This document shows positions 36,147 to 48,020 of a stretch of 50,782 nucleotides of DNA, one piece after another. A program made the translations under genes and the position numbers. Origin of the DNA: Chiloscyllium plagiosum (Eukaryota); assembly GCF_004010195.1 (NCBI RefSeq), contig NC_057718.1:67482588-67533369 (forward strand). The letters are read 5' to 3'. The notes under the pieces were generated by a model, which was given only the letters and a program-made list of their open reading frames with translations, did no database searches and was not told the DNA's origin. The first letter of the stretch is position 1. Each line of letters begins with the position of its first letter.

Positions 36147-38209
36147 AAAGAATAAAGAACAAAGAAAATTTATAACCCAGGAACAGGCCCTTCGGCCCAC
36201 CAAGTCTGAAGTGATCCAAATCCATTGTCTAAACCTGTCGCCCAATTCCTAAACATCTGTGTCCCTCTGCTCATCACCTTCTCATGCATCTGTCCAGATG
36301 CATATTAAATTATCTACCATGCCTGCCTCTACTACCTCAGCTGTCAACGTGTTCCAGGCACCTACCACCCTCTGTGTAAAGTACTTGCTGCGTGTATCCC
36401 CCTTAAACTTTTCACCTCTCACCTGGAAAGCATGACCTCTCGTTATTGAATCCTTCACCCTGGGAAAAGCTTATCTCCATCTACCCTGTCTATACCCTTC
36501 ATGATTTTGTAGACTTCAATCAGGTCCTCCCTTAATCTCCTTTTTCTAATGTAAACAAATCTAACCTACTCAACACCTCTTCATAGCTAGCACCTTCCAT
36601 ACCAGGCAACATTCTCATAAACCTTCTCTGCACCCTCTCCAAGGTGTCCACATTCTTTTGGTAATGTGGCGAGCAGAACTGTACACGATATTCTAAATGC
36701 GGCTGAACCAATGCCATGTACAATTTTAACATGATCTGTCAATTCTTATACTCAATACCCTGTCTGATGAATGCAAGCATACCATATGCCTTCTTGACCA
36801 CTCTATCCACCTGTGCAGCAACCTTCAGGGTACAATGGACCTGAACTCCCAGATCTCTCTGCTCATTAACTTCTCCCAAGGATCTTCCATTTAATGTATA
36901 ATTCGCTCTAGAATTAAACTTCCCAAAATGCATCACCTCACATTTGCCTCAATTGAATTCCATCTGCCACTTCTCCACCCAATTCTCCAGTCTATCTATA
37001 TTCTCCTGTATTCTTTGACAGTCCCCTATGCTTTCTGCTACTCCACCAGTCTTTGTGTCATCTGCAAACTTGCTGATCATACCAACAGTGCCCTCTTCTA
37101 GATCATTTCTGTACATCACAAAGAACACAGTGGATGGCACAGTGGTTAGCACTGCTGCCTCACAGTGCCAGAGACCCGGGTTCAATTCCCACCTCAGGCA
37201 ACTGTTTGTGTGGAGTTTGCACATTCTCCCCGTGTCTGCGTGGGTTTCCTCTGGGTGCTCCGGTTTCCTCCCACAATCCAAAAATGTGCAGGTTAGGTGA
37301 ATTGGCCATGCTAAATAGCCTGTAGTGTTAGTTGAAGGGGTAACTGTAGGGGAATGGGTCTGGGTGGGTTGCTCTTCGGTGGGTTGGTGTGGATTTATTG
37401 GGCCGAAGGGCCTGTTTCCACACTGTAAGTAATCAAACAGTGGCCCTAACACTGATCCCTGTGGAACATCACTGGTCACCTTTCTCCATTTCGAGAAACT
37501 TCCTTCAACTACTACTCTCTGTCTCCTGTTGCTCAACCAGTTCTTTGTCCATCTAGCTAGAACACCCTGCACACCATGTGACGTCACTTTCTCCATTAGT
37601 TTACCATGGGGAACCTTATCAAATGCCTTACTAAAATCCATGTATATGACATCTACAGCCCTTCCTTCATCTATCAACTTGGTCACTTCCTCAAAGAACT
37701 CTATTAAGTTGGTAAGGCATGATCTCCCCCACATGAAACCATGTTGCCTATCACTGGTAAGCCCATTCTTTTCCAAATATAAATAGATTTTATCCCTCAG
37801 TACCTTCTCCAGCAACTTTCCCACCACAGATGTCAGGTTCACTGGTCTGCAGTTACCAGGAATATCCCTACTTCTTGTACAGGGGGACAACATGAGCAAC
37901 CCTCCATTCCTCTGGCACCTCACCTGTATTTAAGGATGTTACAAAGATATCTGTCAGGGCCCAGCTATTTCCTCTCTCGCCTCCCTCAGCAACCTAGGGA
38001 TTTGTTCACCTTAATAACCTCAAGCCTACCCAACACATCTCCTCTATTTATGTCAACGTGATCGAGAGTAATTAAACTTTTTTCTCTAATCTCAACATTC
38101 TCATGTCCCTCTCCTCAGTGAATGCTGATACAAAGTACTCATTCAGAATCTCACCTATTCTCTCAGGTTTGACACACAGCCTTCCTTCATTATCCTTTAG
38201 TGGACCCAT
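36147..38209 (-). mobile_element. CR1 LINE RT and 3' end, nested antisense in another CR1
   Basis: Minus ORFs [48 protein letters not shown]; (aaagaac/t) tail at 36147-36167. Confidence 0.93.
37134..37436 (+). mobile_element. HE1 SINE inserted in CR1
   Basis: tggcacagtggttagcactgctgcc...ggttcaattcc; TSD acagtgg at 37127-37133 and 37437-37443. Confidence 0.93.
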
Positions 38210-38335
38210 CTTTGGAGTACTGTGTTCAGTTTTGGTCACCTTGCTATAGGAAGGATGTTATTAAACTGCAAAGAGTGCAGAAGAAATTTACAAGGTGTTG
38301 ACAGGACTTGACGGTCTGAGTTATAGGGAGAGGTT

Positions 38336-39433
38336 GAGTCGAAAAGCGTGGCACTGGAAAAGCGCAGCAGGTCAGGCAGCATCGGGGGAACAGGAGAGTC
38401 AATGTTTTGGGCATAAGCCCTTCATCAGGAATGTGGAGGGATAAGGGGCTGAGAGATAAATAGTGGGGTGGGGTGTGGCTGGAGGGAATGTGGCTGCGAA
38501 GGTGATAGGTAGATACAGGTAGGTGGTAATAGAGATAGGTTGGTGGGGAGGGTGGAGCGGATAGTTGGGAAGAAGGACAGGTGAAGAGGCGATGCTGAGT
38601 TGGAGGTTTGGATCTGGGATGAAGTGAGGGAGGGAAGATTTGGAAACTAGTGAAGTCGATGTTGGTGCCGTGTGGTTGAAGAGTCCCAAGGCGGAAGATG
38701 AGGCATTCTCCTCGAGTTGTCAGGTGGCTTTGATTTGGCGGTGGAGGAGGCCCAGGACTTGCATGTCCTTGGGAGAGTGGGATGGGGAGTTGAAGTGTCG
38801 GCCACAAGGCTTTTTTGGTGAGTATGTCCCAGAGATGTTCCCTGAAATGGTCTGCAAGTTGGCGTCCTATCTCCCCAATGTAGAGGAGACCACATCAAGA
38901 ACAACGGGCACAATAGATGAGGAGGGTGGATGTGCAGGAAAGTCTCTGCTGGATGTGAAAAGATCCTTTAGGGCCTTTGCCGGAGGTGAGGCAGGTTTTA
39001 CACCTCCTTCAGTGGCAAGGTAAGGTGCCGGCTGTGAAAGGTGGGTTGGTGAGGGCCATGGACCTAACAAGGGAGTCATGGAGGGAATGGTCTCTGCGGA
39101 ACGCACATAGGGGTGGAGAGGGAAATATATCTTTGTTAGTAGGGTCTGATTATTGGTGACGGAAAGGCAGAGGATAATGCGCTGGAACCAGAAATTAGTG
39201 GGGTGAAAGGTGCAGACCAGGGGGGTTCTGTCCTTGTTGTGGTTGGAGGGGTGGTGCAGGAAGTGGTGGAGATGCACTGGTGGGTGTGGTTGATCACGTG
39301 GGAGGGGAAATTGCGGTCCTTGAAATAGGAGGCCGCCTGGAATATCTGGGAGTGGAATGGCTACTCCTGGGAGCAGATACGACAGAGGTGGAGGTTTTGG
39401 GAGTAAGGGATAGCATTTCTACTGCAGGAGGTG
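38336..39433 (-). mobile_element. PLE family A: RT thumb/GIY-YIG endonuclease pseudogene plus 3' UTR with hammerhead
   Basis: Minus strand: SCSRNAIPYSQNLHLCRICS, NKDRTPLVCTFHP, PCH*RRCKTC, LIYCARCS*CGLLYIGETGRQL, CLIFRLGTLQPHG; core (plus strand tcatcag) near 38422-38428. Confidence 0.9.
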
Positions 39434-39463
39434 NNNNNNNNNNNNNNNNNNNNNNNNNNNNNN
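39434..39463. other. Assembly gap (N run)
   Basis: 30 N. Confidence 0.99.
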
Positions 39464-39914
39464 TCCATATTGAGTCTGTCACGAGAGAGATTAGACAAGC
39501 TAAGACTTTTTTCTTTAGAGCAGAGGAAACTGAGGGGGGATCTAATAGAAGTATATAAGATCATGAGAGGCATGGATAGAGTGAATGCACTCAGTCTTTT
39601 TCCCAGGGTTAAGGAATCGAAGACTAGAGTGCATCAGTTTAAGTTTAGAGGAGAAAGAATAAAAAGAAACTTGAGAGGCAACTTCTTTACACAGAGGGTG
39701 GTACACATATGAAATAAGCTGCTAGCAGAAGTAGTTAACAACATTTAAAATGCATTTGGAAAAATAAATGGATAGGAAAGATTTCGAAGGATATGGGCCA
39801 AGTGCAGGGAAATAGGGTTAGTGTGGATGGACATTTTGGTCAACATGGACCAGTTTGGGCCAAAGACCTGTTTCAGTGCTGTAGGACCCTAAGCCTCTAT
39901 GACTGTATGACTGG

Positions 39915-40075
39915 TTGGTTCCCCATGGTAAAAGTCACCACAGTCCTATCAGAGCATAGGGTTGTTGTCTCACTAAACAGTGATGGTTTAACCTGAGGTC
40001 ACTATGTCTCAGTGAGGGGAAAGTTTGAGAAGGGACGTAATTTATAGTGACTTCAGTTGGTGTGGAAATCGAACA
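39915..40075 (-). mobile_element. Probable third SINE family fragment
   Basis: Minus-strand B-box-like gttcgatttcc near 40073-40063; 'ggtttaacctgaggtcac...tgagaagg' recalled as a shark interspersed repeat. Confidence 0.4.
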
Positions 40076-40179
40076 TTTTGTATTTTTATATTCATTGGAT
40101 ATGGTGACATTAATTAGGCATGCATCGATTGCGTATAGAATGTTTAAGTGTCAACCGTATTTCAATGGGTCTAGACCTC

Positions 40180-40257
40180 ACTGATCTAGGTGGCAAACTT
40201 GGAGCAGGCTAGCATGGTCTAGTGTTGTGGTCCTGGGATAAGAAGATGTCTGCATCC
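40180..40257 (-). repeat. Inverted partial copy of the Harbinger Myb/SANT exon at 41350-41514
   Basis: Reverse complement ggatgcagacatcttcttatcccaggaccacaacactagaccatgctagcctgctccaagtttgccacctagatcagt aligns to 41350-41397 plus 41472-41514. Confidence 0.85.
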
Positions 40258-40261
40258 TTGA

Positions 40262-40550
40262 AGGCTAAACCAGGGGACTAGGGATCATAGTTGCAGAATC
40301 AAGACACACTCATTTAAAACTAAGATGCAAAGAAATTTCTTTTTCCAGATGGTAGTTAATGTCTAGAATTCTCTACCCAAGACAGATGGGGAGGCAAGAT
40401 AACTTAAAGTATTTAAAGAGGAGGTAGATAGATTTTTGAAATGTTGAGGAGTTAAGGGCTATGAGAAGCTGAGGCCTGGGGTGGATCTTATTGAATTAGA
40501 GGACAGAGTTGTGAGGCTGAATGGCTTCCTCCTGCTGCTATTTATGTTCT
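40262..40550 (+). mobile_element. CR1 3' end
   Basis: TRDHSCRI...RNFFFQMVVNV; 'ggctgaatggcttcctcctgctgct' UTR. Confidence 0.8.
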
Positions 40551-40896
40551 AGACCAACTAAGGATGGTGGATTTGTTCTCTAAAGAACAGTAGTGCAGCA
40601 GATGGTTTTTGCAACAATTACATGGGCCTGAATCTTACATTATTTTTGTCTAAGTGTGAACTACATTGAAGGTTACAGAGGAATGCTCACAACGAGGCCA
40701 ATTGAGACTTCTCGCCATATCCTACCAAATGCATTACATTAAGTATCTATCCATTTCTCATATCTAGCCTCATTTTATCACATGCTGTTCCATGAACAAT
40801 TAGCCACTCACCTGAAAGCCATAGAAAGAGTGGTATCGATTGTGTCCATGCCATGTTTAAATGTCCATTGTGTACCCATTTAGGTACTGTCAGTCT

Positions 40897-41244
40897 ACAG
40901 TGGACGCTAGGAAATTTTTCCGTTAGGCGAGGAGACTAGGACCCGTGGACACAGCCTTAGAATTAGAGGGGGTAAATTCAGAACAGAAATGCAGAGACAT
41001 TTCTTCAGCCAGAGAGTGGTGGGCCTGTGGAATTCATTGCCACAGAGTGCAGTGGAGGCTGGGACGCTAAATGTCTTCAAGGCAGAAATTGATAAATTCT
41101 TGATGACACAAGGAATAAAGGGCTACGGGGAGAATGCGGGTAAGTGGAGTTGAAATGCCCATCAGCCATGATTGAATGGCGGAGTGGACTCGATGGGCCG
41201 AATGGCCTTACTTCCACTCCAATGTCTTATGGTCTTATGGTCTT
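40897..41244 (+). mobile_element. Young CR1 3' end
   Basis: TRTRGHSLRIRGGKFRTEMQRHFFSQRVVGLWNSLP; (tcttatgg)n tail. Confidence 0.92.
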
Positions 41245-41397
41245 ACCCTACATGAATCCTAACATTTTCCCCAGGTCTGACAGACATAGGGAAATTGGTA
41301 CCTCACTTTCTGGACAGGGACCTGGAGGTCTTGCTCTACATGGTGATACGGACACAGACATCTTCTTATCCTGGGACTGGCAATGAAGACCACAACA

Positions 41398-41471
41398 TGA
41401 GATATCTGGTCGGCATGGACAGGTTGGACCGAAGGGTCTGTTTTCATGCTGTAAATTTCTATGACTCTGTG
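41398..41471 (+). mobile_element. CR1/HE1 3' tail micro-insertion
   Basis: ggtcggcatggacaggttggaccgaagggtctgttttcatgctgt...tatgactctgtg; the empty site is shown by the 40180-40257 copy. Confidence 0.82.
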
Positions 41472-41928
41472 ACTAGACTATGCTAGCTTGCTCCAAGGTT
41501 ACCATCTAGATCAGTTCAGTGTCAGTCATCTGGAGAAATGCTCAGCACTGTGGGAAGAAAATCAATAACCTTCTACAATCCATCAACATAAAAGCCAGCA
41601 TCTCTCTGACACCTCACACTTAACTGTATCTCTGCTATCATACCAACCTCCCACCAAGTCCCATGCTCTCCCACTCTTACTATTGCTTGTAACATCTTCT
41701 CAATTTACTCTCACCTACCCCAATTCCCAATAGCACTAATCCTACATGCCCTCTGCACTGCTTAATCACTCATTTGGCACACCTTGTCACCTTCATCAAC
41801 AGTAATAGCCATGCCATTCACTTGCATCACCATAATACCTGCCTCTCTCTCTAATTCCAGAAGGAAAACAGCCCACAAAAGTGTTGAAAGAGTCAAGACG
41901 GGTGATAGGCTGCCCAACATTTGGCTCC

Positions 41929-42447
41929 CGTGGTTGCCCTGCTGTAGGAAGCATGTTATTAAATTGGAGAGAGTTCAGAAAAGATTTATCAGGATGTTGC
42001 TGGGAATGGAAGGTTTAAGTTATAAAGATAGGCTTGGACTTTTTCACTGGAGCATAGGAGATTGAAGGGTGACGTTTTGAGGTTTGTAAAATCATGAGGG
42101 CATAGAGAATGTGAATAGCAAGGTTCTTTTCCCTAGGGTGGAGAAGTTCTGAACTCGGGGGCATATTTTTAAGGTAGGAGGAGAAAGAATTTTAAAGGAT
42201 ATATGGGGCAATTTCTTTTACACAGAGAGTAGTTTGTATGTGGAATGAGGTGCTAAAGGAAGTGGTGGATGCAGTTATAATTATAACATTTAAAAGACGT
42301 TTGGATAAGTACATGAATAGGAAAGGTTTGGAGAATTATGGGCCAAATGCAAGCAAATGGGACTAGTTTGGCTTGGGAACATGGTCGGTGTGGACTAGTC
42401 AGACCGAAGCGTCTGTTTCCTTGCAGTATGACTCTATGACTCTAAGA
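41929..42447 (+). mobile_element. CR1 3' end
   Basis: WLPCCRKHVIKLERVQKRFIRML; (tatgactc)n tail. Confidence 0.92.
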
Positions 42448-43014
42448 CTCCTCAGCCCTTAAGAAGATAGGATCCTATCTCTGACCACCACAGATGGCTG
42501 GCTGACTGACTGTATCCAAGACCTGGATTGGTGTCAGAGGCTTCTCTTGACTGCACCAGGACCCTCTGACTGAACATTATTTCCATTGACTTGGCAGAGA
42601 TATGCTGATAACTATGGCAAACCTCCCAGCTTTTTATCTAATCTAAACATAAGGGAAGTAACATAAACTGAGGGAGTAAAGTTCAACTGTGCAAGGCAAG
42701 ACAATGCAATATAGGGTTGCTGTGAGCATCCATAGTGAGTGAACACTGTAACAAAAGTAAAGAGCCCAGTGATGCAGTGGTCCACTCCAAGAGCTGGGTT
42801 CATGTCAGTAGCATTACAATGATAGTTGCCAGTGCAGTTCAAAGTGCAACATTAAAGTGCAGACATGTCCTGAAAGTGGATCAGAGATCTTCCATGAGCA
42901 TTCTCAGAGGGCCATGTCAAGTGTCAATGTCTTTGAGCATTGGTGTATGTGGCCAGTGCTTGATGTCCAACATGGAGGTCATTCAGAGCAAGCACGAATT
43001 GAAGTTGCTAGGTT

Positions 43015-44610
43015 TTTCTGACTTATATAAATGATTTGGAGATGGGTGTTGAGGGAATAAGCTAGGGAGAATAATAAATTGTGAGGATGGCGCTGAGTGA
43101 TTTCAAAGGGATATTGACAAGTTGGCCAAATGGGCAGATACCTGGCAAATAACTTCAATGCAGAGAAATGTGAGGTAATACATTCTTGTAGAAGAAACAC
43201 AGAAGGACAATACAGGATCAAAGGTACAACTTGGAGAGGAATGCAGGAGCACGAGGTTCATGTACATAATTTTCTAAAGGTGGCGAGACAAGTTGCCTGG
43301 TCAAATGGCCTACATCAGTATTGTAAAATTCTACGATTCTATATCATTTAGCGAAATCATATTGGCAAAAAATGTCTGGAAAATTAGATTGTTGAATTAT
43401 TTTAGTACTCTTACCTGAAACAATATGTCAACTAGAATCAACTAGAGATGAAGTAATTTTATACCCAGGATTGTGCTATGAGCCATTAAAGTAATCTCAT
43501 ATGAAAAGATTGTCTGGAAAAAGTGACTACAATATAGTTGAATGTCACATTAAGTTTGGTAGTAATATACTCCAGTCCCATACAACAATCTTAAATTTAA
43601 ACAAAGCCAATTATATACAGATGAGGAAAGAGTTGGCTATATTTGATTTGGACAAAGGGACATGGTGATAAAGAAATGATTTGAAATGTTCAACAAAAAT
43701 ACATTCTATTACAAAGGAAAAATTCAGCAATAAAGATTCATCAGTGACTTACTAAAGAAGTTAATTAAAATAAGAGGTTTATAACTGATTGAAAGAATCA
43801 CATTAAGCCAGAATTTTGGGAATATTTTAGGAAACAGCAAAGGGTCAACAGAACGTTGATGAAAAGGGAAAAGCAGAAATGAGAGTAAATTAACTATAAA
43901 GGAATAAAAATACAAGAGCTTGTACAGTACTTAAGAAAAAAGAAGCTGAAGAAAATGTTCATTGTTTAAAGGCAGAGACAGAAGAAATTATTATGGCTAA
44001 ATGAGTTGATGGCAAAGATATTGAATAAATATTTTGTGTAATTCTTCATGTCCTGAAAGTGAATCAGAGATCTTCCACGGAAAAGAGTAAAACAGAAATA
44101 TGGGGCAACCAAAGGACGAACAAGATGGAGATGAGGTGGAGGTTAAGATGATTAATAACAATAAAAAAATGTATTAGAGAAATTTAAGGGAAGACAGTTG
44201 AAAAGTCTCCAGAAACTAGTGACCTATATGCCAAGGTCTTAAAGAGGTAGATGCAGCAATAGTGCATATAATGGTTGTAATTTTCCAAAATATGTAAAAT
44301 GGCCCCAACAAATTGTAAGCTAGTAAATCTAACACCACAATTCAAGAAAGAACAATGAGAACAAATAAAGAACGACAGTTCTGTAGTCTGCAATAATTCA
44401 TTAAGAAATGCTGAAATAAATATTAAGGAATCTTGACAACACAGCTAGAAAATTATAACGATTGGACAAAATTACCATAATTTTACAAAAGGGAAATTGT
44501 TACTGACAAATATATAATACTCTTTTGAGGATGTAGCTAATAGAGTTAATAGTTGGATTTCCAAAGGCACTCAGTAAGGTGCACACCAAAGGTTAATAAG
44601 GCGTGGTCCA
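43015..44610 (+). mobile_element. Old CR1 ORF2 remnants
   Basis: FNAEKCEVIH; LNKYFV; KSPETSDLYAKVLK; NYHNFTKGKLLLTN; LDFQRH. Confidence 0.7.
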
Positions 44611-44924
44611 TAACATATTAGAATAATAAACATATGGTAAAGTGGATGCTGGAGATCTAAACTAAAACCAAAAATGTGGATAAACCCATCAAATTTAGCA
44701 AAAACCGTGAAGAAAGCCTTTTTATCAGAATCTGGAATATATTACATCTTTCCTTAATTGCAGTTTACACAGCTATCGGCTGTGTGGTGGATCTGTTGAT
44801 GAAGACCTTGATTTGCATACTATCATGCAGCAGGCAGAGGATGATGAATTTCTGGGGGCAATCAAATTTGAGGAATATGTTGCAGATCATTCAGAGAGTT
44901 GAGACAAGCGACAAAGACATGTAA

Positions 44925-46455
44925 GAGGTGCTGATCAGGGTTGATTGGAAGGGGACCCTAGCAGGGAAGATGGTGGAATAGTCATGGCAGGAGTTTCTGG
45001 AGGCAGAGCAGAAATTCATCCCAAGGAAGAAGAAACATATCCAAGGGGAGGACAAAGTAAATATGGCTGAAAAGGGAAATCAGGGACAACATAATAGCAA
45101 AAGAAAAGCAGATTAGTGGGAAGCCAAAGGACTGAAAGCCTTTAAAAACCACCAGAGGAAAACAAAAAAAAAGCAATAAGGGGATAGAAGATGAAATATT
45201 AGGGTAAGCTAGTTAATAATATAAAAAAAGAGTACAGAAATTTTTATCGATGTATAAAAGGTAAGACAAGAGGCATGAGTGGATATTGGGCTATTGGAAA
45301 ACCAAGTGGGAGAAGTAGTAATGAGGAACAAAGAAAATGGCAGAGAAACACAATTGGTACTTTGCACCAGTCTTCATAGTGGAATATTCCAGTAGCATAC
45401 CACATCTTCAAGAGATCAGGGCCAGAGCTGAGTGTAGAAGCCATCACTAAGGAGAAGGTGTTGGGGAAGCTGACAGGTCTGAAGGTAGATGCATTACCCA
45501 TACTGGATAGATTACGCCCCAGCGTTCTGAGGGGTGTAGCTGGGGTAATTTTAGAGGCATTGATAATGATCTTTCAGGAATCATTGGAGTCAGGAAGGGT
45601 CCCAGAGCACTGGAAAATGGATAATATAACATCCCTGTTTGAGAAGGGAAATTATAGACCAGTTAGCCTGACCTTGGTTGTTGGTAAGACTTTAGAGTCC
45701 ATCATTAAGGATAAGATTTCAGATTACTTGGAAATGCATGGTGAAATAGGGCAGGACTAACAGGGTGTCATCAAAAGGAGGTCTTGCCTGACTAACCTGT
45801 TAGAATTCTTTGAGAAGGTAACAGGCAGGTTCAGCAAAGGAGAGCCAATGAACGTGATCTATTTGGATTTCCAGAAGGCATAGGACATGGTGCCACACAG
45901 GAGGTTGCTAAATAAGACAAGACTCCATGGTGTTTGAGGCAAGGTATTGGCAAAATTAAAGGATTGGCTGACTGGCAGAGGCAGAGAATGGGGATAAAGG
46001 GGTCTTTTTCAGGATGGCAGCCAGTGACTAGTGGGGTTCCATTGGCCAGTGCTGGGACCACACATATTATATATTAACAATCTGGACAAAGGAACTGAGG
46101 GCATTATTGCTAAATTTGCAGATTACACAAAGATAGATAGAGGGACAAGTAGTGTTGAGGAGTCGGGGTGGCTGCAGGAGGATTTGGACAGGCTAGAAAA
46201 GTAGGCAGAGAAGTGGCAGATGGAATACGATGTGGGAAAGTGTGAGATTGTGCATCTCGGTATGAAGAATAGAGGCATAGGCTATCTTTTAAATGGGGAG
46301 AGGTTTCAGAATTCGGAAGCACAAAGCAACGTAGGAGTCCTAGTTCTGGATTCTCTTAAAGTTAACATGCAGGTTCAGTTGTCAGTTAGAAAGGCAAATG
46401 TAATGTTAGCATTCATTCCAAGAGGGATAGAATAAAAGAGTAGGGATGTATTTGA
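44925..46455 (+). mobile_element. CR1 ORF2 fragment
   Basis: KGNYRPVSLTLVVGK, RSCLTNLLEFFE, YLDFQKA, IAKFADYTK, WQMEYDVGKCEIVHLG. Confidence 0.9.
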
Positions 46456-47695
46456 ATTTTTATCAAATTGAAATTGTGATGCAATCAGATTCAATTATCT
46501 ATTTGGAGGGAAAATTGCAAAGCAGCCCCCTTCACTGTGATAAAACAGGGACTGGCCACAGTAAACTGAGAAAACAGCAGAAGATCAGTGAGAGGTGTTC
46601 AAAAATGAAGGCTACATTCACAGTAGAGAACTCTACTCATCAAAAGAACAATCATCCATGGACAAGGAAAAAGAGCTAACGTAAACAATAAAATGCAAAT
46701 CCTGATGGATGAGAATGATGAAAAGGTGATAAAATTGATATTAAGAGCTACAGAAAGGAATATCCAAATAACACAAAAAACAATTTCAACTATATTAGGA
46801 AAAAGACAGTAGTCAGGAGTATGTGGGCCATATGAAAATTGGTAACACTAATACTGTTACTTAAGTAGCCAAACGGTGGATGTGCTGAACAATTATTTTA
46901 TGTCAATGCTTGCAGTAGAGGAAAAGGGAACCATGCCAACATTCCAGAGAAATTAATAGTAAATCAGGGGCAGGGTGCAAAATCTAATGCTGCTCCCTTG
47001 AGAGAGAAACAACGAGGTAAGATCACATAATTGTATAGTAGTCAAAACGTGACCTTTACAAAATTGGGATGAAAGTTGGGCATGAAATTGGCAATGGACT
47101 AAAGTCTATTTGTGGCTCTTAACAACAGGCAGCCAGAGACTATTTTTAACACATTCAGCATGTCATGCATACTTTGTAAGCAACATGGTGTTGGATTAGA
47201 TTGTACCTCTGCATGTAAGTTGGCAGAAAATAAAATACATGTGCTTTCTGTTTCAAGGCTAACCAAAGATGGTGAGATAACCTTCCCGGTCCTTTTGAAG
47301 TAAGTAGGAACTTATTTTCTTGAAAGGGGAGAGAATGCAGAGCTGTAGGATCTTGGATGGCAGCTGGCCATGGAGGTTGGGTTGTGGCTGTTCATTGGAG
47401 AGAAGTTGGGTCATTGTGTACCTACGTGGATTTGTAGAGGTCAGAGGGACAGAGCTGCATGATATAGGGAAGACTAAGCTCTCTTAAAGCAGATTAAACA
47501 TGGTAGGGAGGAGATCAAGAGTGATTGAAGTCAAGTAAAATTAGGAGAAATGACAGTAACCAAGGGAAGCTCAGGATGTTGGCTCAGGATGTTGGCTAAC
47601 TGAATATATTGCACCAGATATGAGGATATGCAAATTTTAGAGAGATAATGTCAAAGACAGCTGAGAATACTGTGACAGTCAGTCATCAACCTATG

Positions 47696-47813
47696 CGAAA
47701 GTGAGGACTGCAGATGCTGGAGATTAGAGTTGAGGGTGTAGTGCTGGAAAAGCACAGCAGGTCAGACAGCATCCAAGGAGCAGGAGAATCAATGTTTCAG
47801 GCAAAAGCCCTTC
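47696..47813 (-). mobile_element. PLE family A mini-insertion
   Basis: TSD acctatg at 47689-47695 and 47814-47820. Confidence 0.9.
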
Positions 47814-47937
47814 ACCTATGTCTGTTCCTGCAGGAAGAGTGGGAATGGGGACCAGCCTAAGCTATTCAACCTTAAATTATCACTGCCTTGAATTTCTACA
47901 TCATTGAGCCATTTCAAGACTCCATGAGGGACAAAAG

Positions 47938-48020
47938 AGGAGAAAGTGAGGACTGCAGATGCTGGAGATCAGAGCTGGGCAGAAGAATCGACATTTCGGG
48001 CATGAGCCCTTCTTCAGGAA
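47938..48020 (-). mobile_element. PLE family A mini-insertion, internally deleted
   Basis: gagaaagtgaggactgcagatgctggagatcagagctg joined to gaatcgacatttcgggcatgagcccttcttcaggaa. Confidence 0.87.

Larger units (their letters stand above)
34200..39910 (+). mobile_element. CR1 ORF2 (APE end to 3' UTR), split by a minus-strand CR1, a PLE and a gap
   Basis: VQDFNFPNIGW, VNPKRFFKY, CRPVSLTS, RSCLTNLLEF, KFADDTK, LYRTLVRLHL (36146) resuming as EYCVQFW (38213). The segment after the gap (39464-39910) may be a separate copy. Confidence 0.85.
41277..42540 (+). pseudogene. Harbinger-type Myb/SANT-like (trihelix) DNA-binding protein gene fossil, two exons
   Basis: Exon 1: GKLVPHFLDRDLEVLL...TMLACSKVTI*ISSVSVIWRNAQHCGKKINNLLQS. 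Intron ends ctctctctctaattccAG (41860). Exon 2: RKTAHKSVERVKTGDRLPNI, then after a CR1 insert LSP*EDRILSL. Cf. APRFSxxDLEVL...AWxxVA...RxxxQCRKKxNDL...KxAHNxRERxKTGGG...LTPxEE. Confidence 0.75.

Noticed and set aside
47569..47596. ctcaggatgttgg tandem duplication
   Set aside because: Simple 13-bp slippage duplication with no further structure.
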